Part shown: positions 39,609 through 47,472 of the stretch, one piece after another
Numbering within the stretch: the stretch's first letter is position 1
How the letters are laid out: each line of letters begins with the position of its first letter
From: a virus
Length of the DNA stretch: 64,000 nucleotides
Strand: one strand, 5' to 3'
Virus record (IMG/VR): IMGVR_UViG_3300033156_000587
Span: 5,484 to 69,483 of that record
Made by a program: the position numbers and the translations under genes
The notes under the pieces: model-generated
Told to the model about the DNA's origin: nothing
Database searches by the model: none
Seen by the model: only the letters and a program-made list of their open reading frames with translations

Positions 39609-41261
39609 ATGGTTAACTACAGGAAGCATTTCTCTACGCGGGAGACTCCACAGAGCGAGCCGATCCCTGGCCGAGCTATGGCTCGGAACAATGCCGGTGG
39701 ATTCGCGTTTCAGATCGACAAGTGGATGCGGCTTCGGAGGTTCTTAATCCTCGGCTCTGAGGGCGGGACGTACTACGTCTCCGAGCACAAGCTCACGATC
39801 GATAATGCCAGGAATGTCCTAGCTTGCATCCGAGAGGATGGGAAGCGAGCAGTGCAAGAAATCGTGGGAGTCTCCGAATCCGGTCGCGCCCCGAAGAACG
39901 ATCCCGCGCTATTCGCCTTGGCGATGGCGATGAGCGAAGGAGATCTGGAAACGCGTCGAGAAGCGTTCAGCGTGTTCCCGCGAGTGGCGAGAACCGGATA
40001 TCACTTATTCCGGTTCGCCGAGTACGTCGAGGGTTTCCGCGGCTGGGGTCGTGGCTTGAGACGGACGATAGGCCGGTGGTACTTGGGTAAAGACCCCAAC
40101 ATGCTCGCTTACCAGGTGACCAAGTACCAACAACGTGAGGGCTGGAGCCATCGGGATATCCTGAGGCTCGCGCATCCCAAGACCGCGTCCAAGGCTCATA
40201 ACGCGATCTTCCGCTGGATCACCCAGAGCGAGATCAGCGACGATCTCCCGGATCTGATCGTCGGGCTGGAGAAGGCCCGAAAGGCACAGAATGAACAGGA
40301 GATCGTGAAGCTGATCGAGGAGTATGGTCTGCCTTGGGAGGCGATCCCGACGGAATTCTTGGGTTCTGCACGCGTCTGGGAAGCTCTGTTGCCGAGGCTT
40401 CCTATGACCGCGCTGCTCCGGAATTTGGCCCGGATGACCGCGAACGGGCTACTTGTCCCGATGAGCGATGCTGTAAAACTCGTGACCGAGCGGATTACAA
40501 ACGAGGAGGCGTTGAGGAAGGCACGAGTGCACCCGATCCAGGTCCTGAGCGCGCTCATAACTTACCAGCGTGGTCGAGGGGTCCGAGGGCGGTTGACGTG
40601 GGAGCCGGTGGCGAGGGTCATTGATGCCCTGGATGCCGCGTTCTACCTGTCCTTCGGGAACGTGGAGCCGATCGGGAAGCGGGTGGTCCTCGCGTTGGAC
40701 GTATCCGCGTCCATGGCTACCGGGATGATTGCTGGCGTCCCGGACCTGACGCCTCGTGTAGCTGCGGCCGCTATGGCGATGGTAACCGCGCGCGTGGAGC
40801 CAGAGCATGTCATCGTCGCGTTTACTGGGGAGATGGTCCCGCTGGACATCTCGCCTCGGGAACGGCTGGATGACGTGCTGGAGAAGGTTGACAGGCTCGA
40901 CTTCGGCCCCACGGACTGCTCGTTGCCCATGATGTGGGCTCTCGGGTATCAGCCCAAGGTAGCGAAAAACTGGTGGTCCTGGAGGAGCGCAGGCTACAGG
41001 AAGGTACGGAATGAAGTCGTCCGCGCCGATGCGTTTCTGATCTATACCGACAGTGAGACCTGGTTCGGGAAGATTCACCCGTTCCAAGCGTTACAGAAAT
41101 ATCGGCATGAGACCGGGATCGATGCGAAGCTCGTGGTCGTCGCCATGACCGCAACGGAGTTCTCCATTGCCGATCCCGGCGATCCCGGGATGTTGGACGT
41201 CGTGGGATTCGATACTGTGACTCCCAATCTGATCGCAGACTTCGTGAGAGGGGAGATCTGA
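39609..41261 (+). CDS. rsr: Ro60/TROVE domain RNA-binding protein (Rsr-like)
   Basis: NNAGGFAF, RLRRFLILGSEGGTYY, KYQQREGWSHRD, MTALLRNL, vWA DVSASM, TDCSLP, YTDSETW, MLDVVGFD. Confidence 0.95.
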   Translation: MVNYRKHFSTRETPQSEPIPGRAMARNNAGGFAFQIDKWMRLRRFLILGSEGGTYYVSEHKLTIDNARNVLACIREDGKRAVQEIVGVSESGRAPKNDPALFALAMAMSEGDLETRREAFSVFPRVARTGYHLFRFAEYVEGFRGWGRGLRRTIGRWYLGKDPNMLAYQVTKYQQREGWSHRDILRLAHPKTASKAHNAIFRWITQSEISDDLPDLIVGLEKARKAQNEQEIVKLIEEYGLPWEAIPTEFLGSARVWEALLPRLPMTALLRNLARMTANGLLVPMSDAVKLVTERITNEEALRKARVHPIQVLSALITYQRGRGVRGRLTWEPVARVIDALDAAFYLSFGNVEPIGKRVVLALDVSASMATGMIAGVPDLTPRVAAAAMAMVTARVEPEHVIVAFTGEMVPLDISPRERLDDVLEKVDRLDFGPTDCSLPMMWALGYQPKVAKNWWSWRSAGYRKVRNEVVRADAFLIYTDSETWFGKIHPFQALQKYRHETGIDAKLVVVAMTATEFSIADPGDPGMLDVVGFDTVTPNLIADFVRGEI

Positions 41262-41291
41262 GCAGCCCTCCCCTCTCACTTAGGGAAGGAT

Positions 41292-41510
41292 ATGGAAATC
41301 TCGCTGAAGACCCTGATTGGGATCTTGGCAGGCTTGTGGTTATTCTGGCTGTTCATCAAGCCGCTTCCTGAGCCGCCAGAGCATGACTCAATTGAGCAAA
41401 TGACAAACGATCTCATCACGAGCTGGGATGTCGGTTTGCCAGGATGCCTGCTAGTAATCCTACTTGGCGCGATCGCAATATACTGCCTGACAGGGCCCGG
41501 CGCAGTATAG
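41292..41510 (+). CDS. Small membrane protein
   Basis: Two hydrophobic helices; AAGGA RBS. Confidence 0.5.
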   Translation: MEISLKTLIGILAGLWLFWLFIKPLPEPPEHDSIEQMTNDLITSWDVGLPGCLLVILLGAIAIYCLTGPGAV

Positions 41511-41560
41511 GGCAGCTCTGCCCGCTGGGGCGCACGACCGAGCAAGAGTGGGAAGCACAT

Positions 41561-41842
41561 ATGGAGAAGTTAGGCGGGGATATGTGCGATCCCGCCAATC
41601 AGAGGACGGGCGAAATGGAAACTTGGACTTGTCCACGCTGCGGCGAAACTTTGACATTACAAAATAACTTTGGAAGGGAGATCATCCCAGAAGGTACTGT
41701 AATCTATGATCTTTTCGGTAAGCCAATACGCAGCCACCGATTCGGCGTATGCTGCTCATGCTGGAGCGTAGTTGAGCTAATCAACGGCAAGGTAGCAACG
41801 TCGATTCTGGTACCTCCGGACCTCGTGGCGGGATGCGCGTGA
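41561..41842 (+). CDS. Zn-ribbon protein
   Basis: CPRCG...CCSCW; start uncertain. Confidence 0.45.
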   Translation: MEKLGGDMCDPANQRTGEMETWTCPRCGETLTLQNNFGREIIPEGTVIYDLFGKPIRSHRFGVCCSCWSVVELINGKVATSILVPPDLVAGCA

Positions 41843-41889
41843 CTGCCGGACAGGCACTGACAGCATAGGAGCGCTAAAGGAGTCCTGCC

Positions 41890-42696
41890 ATGAAGGCGCT
41901 TGTAGTTGGTTTCGGTTCCGCTGGAAGGCGGCATAAGAAATATCTTGAGATGCTTGGGCTTCGCGTGGATACGGTCGATCCGAACGTGCCCGAAGCGGCG
42001 TTTCAGTCCTTGGAAGAGGCTGTCAACAGGCCGACGGTTTACGATCTCGCGGTAGTCGCCACACCTCCAGACTTGCATCTGGAACATACCGTTATGCTGC
42101 TATCCAAGACACGCGTCCCGAAGATCCTATGCGAGAAACCTCTCTGCGGATGGGACCAGATGGACGCGTTTCCAGAGGATGACCGGGTGCGGATCGCGTA
42201 TAACTACCGATATCATCCCTGGATCGCGAAGACTCTGGGCCCCGAGCCATCGCAGGGCTGGTTTCTGTTCTCGATCCAGAAACGGGAGAGGATACCGGAA
42301 TGGGGCTTGCTGCTGGACCACGTGAGCCATGATTTTGATATCCTATCCTGGAAAGCGGGCCTTGCGGAGATCACGAACGCGACGTGGATCACTTACGGTC
42401 CGATCATCGGCTGGTGGATTACAGGGCACACGGAGCGAAACGCGCCGGTATACGTATTAGATCTCGTGAGCACTGCTCCTGGATTTCGGCGATATGTCAC
42501 AATTTGGCGTTTCGATCGAGCTGCCTTGTGGATTAAAATGTCAAGTGAGATGTTCCGGGACATGATCCGGGCCGCGGTCTCCGGCCATGCTTGGGCTTCG
42601 CGGCTTCCCACGGTGAGTGAAGCGAGGCATGTACAGGCGCTCCTGGAGCAGGCAAGATCGCTCGGGAAGAACGCCCCGTCTCGTGAGGTGTCCTGA
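41890..42696 (+). CDS. Gfo/Idh/MocA oxidoreductase
   Basis: VVGFGSAGRRH, VATPP..H, LCEKP, YNYRYHP, SHDFD. Confidence 0.9.
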   Translation: MKALVVGFGSAGRRHKKYLEMLGLRVDTVDPNVPEAAFQSLEEAVNRPTVYDLAVVATPPDLHLEHTVMLLSKTRVPKILCEKPLCGWDQMDAFPEDDRVRIAYNYRYHPWIAKTLGPEPSQGWFLFSIQKRERIPEWGLLLDHVSHDFDILSWKAGLAEITNATWITYGPIIGWWITGHTERNAPVYVLDLVSTAPGFRRYVTIWRFDRAALWIKMSSEMFRDMIRAAVSGHAWASRLPTVSEARHVQALLEQARSLGKNAPSREVS

Positions 42697-42697
42697 C

Positions 42698-42816
42698 ATG
42701 GTGCCAGGGAGGGAGAGCTGTCTGAGGATGTGGGAGCTTAGTCCGGAAAATAGCGCAAGATGGAGAGGCCCTTCGGGATGACACCGCCGCAGACAGCTCT
42801 CTTTTCTTGGCACTAT
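42698..42816 (+). ncRNA. Candidate structured ncRNA with a long closing stem
   Basis: GTGCCAGGGAGGGAGAGCTGTCTG pairs with CAGACAGCTCTCTTTTCTTGGCAC using four G-U pairs; intergenic. Confidence 0.5.
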
Positions 42817-42833
42817 AGTGAGGGAGGTGAGAG

Positions 42834-43088
42834 ATGGACTTGAGGGAGTACATGACCGAGTGGCTTGATTACTTCGGAGGCATGGTGAGGGGAGCTCGGT
42901 GGGACACGGAGTCTGAAACGTCCCTGGCCGAGCTGTTCATCCCGGAAGTCGAGACGCTGCTTACCAAGCTAGAGGAGGTGAGAGATGGTCGCAGCAAAGG
43001 GGATGAATTCCCTGGCCTGGACGCTCCTGGTACTGGTCATCCTCTTCTTACTGTTGTCAAGTGCTCTGGGAGCGTTGGGCGAGATTGA
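42834..43088 (+). CDS. Hypothetical protein
   Basis: GGAGGTG RBS. Confidence 0.45.
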   Translation: MDLREYMTEWLDYFGGMVRGARWDTESETSLAELFIPEVETLLTKLEEVRDGRSKGDEFPGLDAPGTGHPLLTVVKCSGSVGRD

Positions 43089-43338
43089 GTATTCAGATCA
43101 TGCTGTCAGGAAGCACGGTCAGGATGCGATCAAGGCGCGGATAACGAACTCCAATCGAGGATTCAGGCATGACTGTAACAATGGCAAGCAATATTATATC
43201 GCGCCGATGGAAGATGGGAAATTTGCGATCACGATCGTCCAGGGTGGCCGGGAGAAGACTTCGTTCGTGACACGGAGCTTCCGGTACATTCAGAACGCTC
43301 TAAAACGCGACGGCTGTCGAGGACAGTATGCTCGGTAA
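42985..43338 (+). CDS. Membrane-anchored/secreted small protein
   Basis: N-terminal TM helix; GGAGGTG RBS. Confidence 0.55.
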   Translation: MVAAKGMNSLAWTLLVLVILFLLLSSALGALGEIEYSDHAVRKHGQDAIKARITNSNRGFRHDCNNGKQYYIAPMEDGKFAITIVQGGREKTSFVTRSFRYIQNALKRDGCRGQYAR

Positions 43339-43390
43339 GGGAGAGGGGCGAGCACTGTACCGGTATGCCGCGAAGGTCCGGTTAACTTTA

Positions 43391-43460
43391 AGGCGGGGCT
43401 GATTGCGTCGCCAACCCTTAGCTCGGGTTGCCCCACGAAACGACGCAGGCAGCCCCGTTT
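43391..43460 (+). ncRNA. Structured element upstream of the Tas-like gene
   Basis: GCGGGGCTG/CAGCCCCGT, TGCGTCG/CGACGCA, CAACCC/GGGTTG nested stems. Confidence 0.4.
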
Positions 43461-43490
43461 CCTTCCCTTTGAAAGATGGGAGACGGAAAG

Positions 43491-44294
43491 ATGATCAATC
43501 AAGTGCTAGTGCGACAACTGCTAGACGATCGGTTCCGGATTCAGCGGGACAGGATACGCTGTGGGAATCGGATCAGTGCGATCCTACGCGGATCTGATAC
43601 CGCGGATCAAAGGGTACTGGAATACCTATACGAGCAACACCAAAGGCTTCTAGAAGACGAGCAGCGGGCCACGGAACGGCTGTTGGATGAATTGGACGGG
43701 GTACCTATCTTAGATGCCGCGTGCGGTGTGAAGGGAATAGGCCGAGTTTTAGCCGCTCAGGTGATCGCGGAAATCGGTGATATTGGCCGGTTCCCCACGG
43801 TCTCCAAGTTGTGGCGGTATTCTGGTTACGGCTTGGCTCCGTACTGGGTCAACAAGGATGGTCGCGTCATGGCCCCCAAGGTCGGGCGAAAATGGGAACG
43901 CGTAGATGGGAAATTGATCTCCGTGAAAGCCGAGGTACAGCCCGAAGAGGGTTGGGAGTTGAAGGTGATCCCGGATCGGAAGGTAAAGGGATTCCTGCTC
44001 CCGTACAACTCACGGTTGAAACATATCATCCATATCGTGGCTCAGTCGCTCCTAAAGAGTAACAGTCCATACAGAGAGATTTATGATGATGCGATCGCCT
44101 CTTATTCTCCCGGCTTACGCAGGATCGTCCGGCACATGCGGGCGATGCGGAAGATGAAGAAAATCTGGCTTTCTCATCTTTGGGAGGTGTGGCGAAGGCT
44201 GGAGGGGTTGCCGGTTCGGAAGGCTTGGATTTTCGAGCATGGAGGGCATCAGGATTACTTGGACCCGCAGGCGTTCGGCTGGCTGATAGATTAA
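43491..44294 (+). CDS. Nop-domain RNA-guided DNA-binding protein, TasA-like (IS110-related, no RuvC)
   Basis: IQRDRIRCGNR coiled coil, VKGIG..LAA..IAEIGDI.RF.TVSKLWRYSG, YNSRLK, YREIYD, AMRKMKKIWLSHLW..WR..EGLP; no DEDD domain; array follows. Confidence 0.8.
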   Translation: MINQVLVRQLLDDRFRIQRDRIRCGNRISAILRGSDTADQRVLEYLYEQHQRLLEDEQRATERLLDELDGVPILDAACGVKGIGRVLAAQVIAEIGDIGRFPTVSKLWRYSGYGLAPYWVNKDGRVMAPKVGRKWERVDGKLISVKAEVQPEEGWELKVIPDRKVKGFLLPYNSRLKHIIHIVAQSLLKSNSPYREIYDDAIASYSPGLRRIVRHMRAMRKMKKIWLSHLWEVWRRLEGLPVRKAWIFEHGGHQDYLDPQAFGWLID

Positions 44295-44308
44295 GCAGGG
44301 GGGGGCAT

Positions 44309-44683
44309 AGCCGATGGCAAAAATGAGACGCGACTCAGAAATGCGATAGCCTATTTATACGTGGGTTTCGAAAATGGGAATGCGGATGAACCATGGTCCA
44401 GGTAAGAAGCAAAGACGCGCAAGAAAGCCGATCAGGGGATGGGAGATCGAGGGGTACTTATGCGAAGCCTAAAGACATGTGGGAAACGCACTCTCGGTCG
44501 GCGATGCGAAGCCTAAAGGACATGTGGGAAACGTCATCCAAACAATAGTGCGATAGACCCCAGCCAAAAGGAAAGGTGGGGAGCTTTCGCCAAATGGGAT
44601 GCGGGAAGCCTCTCATTGAAGCTGGGACGCAAAAGAGTTGTGCGTAGCCTTAAGAAAACGGTGGGGCACAAATCTGAGGTGCG
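44309..44683 (+). repeat. TIGR-like tandem interspaced guide array (about 9 units)
   Basis: AGCC-N10-12-TG(G/A)G..-N10-16-TGCG units starting 44309, 44348, (44389, degenerate), 44426, 44466, 44510, 44562, 44607, 44646. Confidence 0.75.
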
Positions 44684-44686
44684 AGC

Positions 44687-44884
44687 ATGAGGTTCCTGAA
44701 GCCACGTCCAAGTGCAGAGCCCGGTTCCGTGTGGCACATCCTGCGGGACGGGAAGACGTACTGCGGCCGAGAGCAATCCCTTAACTACGAGCTGACCGAG
44801 GAGAAGCCGCGCGACGAGGTTTTCATCTGTTGGGTCTGCCGAAGGGCCTGGGAGCGGGCCCACGGTAAAGTCTTCAGGCTCTAA
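44687..44884 (+). CDS. Small Zn-binding protein
   Basis: WHI...TYCG...CWVC. Confidence 0.55.
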   Translation: MRFLKPRPSAEPGSVWHILRDGKTYCGREQSLNYELTEEKPRDEVFICWVCRRAWERAHGKVFRL

Positions 44885-44893
44885 GGGTCCTCC

Positions 44894-45907
44894 ATGCCGA
44901 CGAGCGCATCCAGTTGGGAAGAGCAGATCCTCTCCTTGAGCGATGGGCTGGAGCTTCCGCCTCCGAGGGAATATCTGGCGGGCTCTCTGTTTCCACGCCC
45001 GTCATTGAGTCTGTTGTTCGGCGCACCCGGGTCATTGAAGAGCTTGTTCCTGATGGACTTAAGCGTATGTGTGGCAGCCGGGAAGGACTGGCTCGGTGAA
45101 TTCCCGACGCGACAAGGGAGCGTGCTCTGGCTGGACAAGGACTCAGGGCGAGACAGACTCATCCGCAGGTTCCTGGCGCTGCTCAAGGGACACGACTTGG
45201 AGCGGTGCCCTGTTGATTTCCTCGCATTCCCACAACCTACGTTTGTAGCCGGAGGTCCAGGAGCTGCGGAAGCAGTCCACAGGCTGATCTCACTTGCCGA
45301 GCGGAAGGGATATTCGCTCATCGTCCTCGATAACCTGGGAAGCGTGTCAGGCGCAAGAGACGAGAACAGTCCCGAGATGATCGAGGTCATGGGCCGACTG
45401 CGGTTCATCACCGAGGAGACAGGTGCCGCGGTAATTGTGATCCACCACAAGACCAAGGGCCGAAGGGATAGACCCGGTGACATGCTCCGAGGCCACTCAA
45501 GCATCGAAGGCGCGCTGGACCTCGCCCTGTTCCTGGAGCGCAAGGGGGAGTATTTAGTCCACATCCAGGCCACCAAAAGCCGGGACATCATGCCCGAACC
45601 ATTCTACGCCCAGTTCCTGTACGAAAGCCAGAACAACGAACTAACCTGGTGCCGGTTCAAGATCACCCAGGCAACGCACCTTGACAAATTGGCAAGCCTC
45701 GCTCAACAGGCGCTGCCTCTCCTGGTTCCTGGCACCGGCCTGACGAAACAGTCTATCATCCTCGCCAACGCCCTTGGTATCTCTAAACACGCCGCAAAAC
45801 AGGTGATCCTACACCTCGAAAAAACCGGTAAGATCACACTCAAACCAGGACCACGGAACTCACGCGTGATCTCGCTTAACGAGATCCCAGTAAAGGTTGA
45901 AGAGTAA
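44894..45907 (+). CDS. RepA/AAA_25-family replicative helicase
   Basis: GAPGSLKS, LIVLDNL, DENS, IHHKTK, RGHSSIEGALD. Confidence 0.85.
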   Translation: MPTSASSWEEQILSLSDGLELPPPREYLAGSLFPRPSLSLLFGAPGSLKSLFLMDLSVCVAAGKDWLGEFPTRQGSVLWLDKDSGRDRLIRRFLALLKGHDLERCPVDFLAFPQPTFVAGGPGAAEAVHRLISLAERKGYSLIVLDNLGSVSGARDENSPEMIEVMGRLRFITEETGAAVIVIHHKTKGRRDRPGDMLRGHSSIEGALDLALFLERKGEYLVHIQATKSRDIMPEPFYAQFLYESQNNELTWCRFKITQATHLDKLASLAQQALPLLVPGTGLTKQSIILANALGISKHAAKQVILHLEKTGKITLKPGPRNSRVISLNEIPVKVEE

Positions 45908-46507
45908 AGGCGTATGTATGCCACGAAAACACGCGATAGTGTCACGGAAGGGCGGGAAAGTCTAGAGATTGAGGCAAGGAGAGGCGTGGGTGGGGAGAGG
46001 GGTACCGCCCCAAATTTTTCTGAGCCGTCATAAAATCTGGCCGAGAGATTTTGTTTGCACAAGTTGGCAAGGGCAAGCGGTTAGACGTGCGACAGGGTTA
46101 CTGGCGAGGCGAGGCGAACAAGCTAGAGTGCTTGCGGTCCCTGTGTCGGCAACTGGGCATGACACAGGCGGGTGATGCGCGCGCGGGGGAGTGTAAGAGC
46201 GGGTGACAACGGCGAGTGATGGGTGCGGTAGCCTGCGTGAATGTCGTTGACATTTATTTTCGGGGGCAGGGGCGCGGATGTCAACAAGGCGTGAACAAGG
46301 GGTTGAAGCGGGTACGGGTTGTCTTGGCGCATGAGGTACCGGGGTGGGACTACGCTTGAGGGTTGGTTCAGATGGCAGGTTGGCCCGTGTCAACGTTACG
46401 TGTCACAGCTTGTCGTATGATGCATTGTTGCGCGTTAGTTGTAGGCGATAAAATGAGTCATAACGTGGGTACCAGCGCAAGGGTTATTGCAGTTTGCAAG
46501 ATAAAAT

Positions 46508-46539
46508 GAGAGGGGCTACATGCGTATGTAGCCCCTCTC
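46508..46539 (-). terminator. Intrinsic terminator hairpin
   Basis: GAGAGGGGCTACAT-GCGT-ATGTAGCCCCTCTC, followed on the minus strand by ATTTTAT. Confidence 0.65.
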
Positions 46540-46547
46540 GCGGGCAT

Positions 46548-46715
46548 CTACAGTGCACAAGCTCCCCAGGGCAAGCACAGAGTAAGGACTAGGGACCCGT
46601 CCTCGAACACCGTCAGAGACGGGTCCAGGACCCTGATGATCAGGTAGATACCCACAAGCATCAGGGCATCTACCCATAGCTCAAGGTCAGTCAGGGTCTT
46701 CATTATCCCTTTCAT
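46548..46715 (-). CDS. 55-aa membrane peptide
   Basis: Below the ORF-track cutoff; RBS AGGAGG; MKGIMKTLTDLELWVDALMLVGIYLIIRVLDPSLTVFEDGSLVLTLCLPWGACAL. Confidence 0.55.
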   Translation of the reverse strand: MKGIMKTLTDLELWVDALMLVGIYLIIRVLDPSLTVFEDGSLVLTLCLPWGACAL

Positions 46716-47472
46716 CGTTAACCCTCCTATCTAAGCAATGCCAAATGCCAGTCTTGTCGTCCAGAACCCACGTTCGACCTTGGGAGTCAGTCCCAAGGCC
46801 GAATTCTAAGTCGGCCTCATCTAGATCAGGGGCGTTAGTGATTACGCCCCCGACATTGTGCCACGTGGGCTCCGGCTCGGAAATTTCTATTCGGTGCCAT
46901 TCACCGTCCCGATACACCCACCGGTGGGTGCGGGTAAAGACGTATTCCCAGGACAGGTTGGAAAACCACAACCCGTCCCTTTGCGCCCATCGCCCTACTC
47001 GCACGATGCGGGGGGCGTTAGGGAGACACAATGCGAATCGCTCGCTTGCGAAGTGGTCTCGGAACGCCTGGACCAACTCGCGAGTGTTGGGGCGAAGGCG
47101 GGATAAGAAGACGCATAGCTCGCGCGTATCAGATTCTAGCGCATTGCCCCAGCCCGGGAGAACGCCATTGTGGAACACCCACACTCGGGAACCCTCCCGG
47201 GTTCTGACATAAAACGGGTGAACGTTCAACACCGTCTTGACGCCCGTAGTGCCCAATCGGAAGTGGACCACCGCCGGGCCTTGGGCGTCTATGAATCTGG
47301 CGTAGAGTTGGCGGGCCCGCTCATCGTCTGTTTCCTTGGCGATGCGCCAAATCCGTGTCCTCGGGTCCCAAACCGCGATTCCCACACCGTCTGGGTTATG
47401 CGAAAATAGTTGCTCAAATGCTGGGTACTTTGAGACAGCCTCTGGTCGGTACTTAATAACTATGACACACAT
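46687..47472 (-). CDS. Class II glutamine amidotransferase
   Basis: MC start, NPDGVG, HFRLGT.G, NVHPF, HNG, SDT. Confidence 0.9.
   Translation of the reverse strand: MCVIVIKYRPEAVSKYPAFEQLFSHNPDGVGIAVWDPRTRIWRIAKETDDERARQLYARFIDAQGPAVVHFRLGTTGVKTVLNVHPFYVRTREGSRVWVFHNGVLPGWGNALESDTRELCVFLSRLRPNTRELVQAFRDHFASERFALCLPNAPRIVRVGRWAQRDGLWFSNLSWEYVFTRTHRWVYRDGEWHRIEISEPEPTWHNVGGVITNAPDLDEADLEFGLGTDSQGRTWVLDDKTGIWHCLDRRVNDERDNEDPD

Noticed and set aside
43398-43445. Hammerhead ribozyme (CTGA...GAAA)
   Set aside because: The core is CTGATTG rather than CTGAnGA and the stems do not fit the hammerhead layout
43476-44294. IS110/IS116 transposase insertion
   Set aside because: Only the coiled-coil and HhH/Nop part is present, with no N-terminal DEDD domain. 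The downstream DNA is a tandem dual-spacer array.
44309-44683. CRISPR array
   Set aside because: Conserved parts are only 4-9 nt, alternate between two types and flank about 10-nt variable segments; no cas operon in the window
46017-46027. Self-target of array unit 1 (TTTCTGAGCC versus reverse complement of spacer B, TTTCTGAGTC)
   Set aside because: 9/10 match only and no adjacent spacer A match; expected by chance in 64 kb
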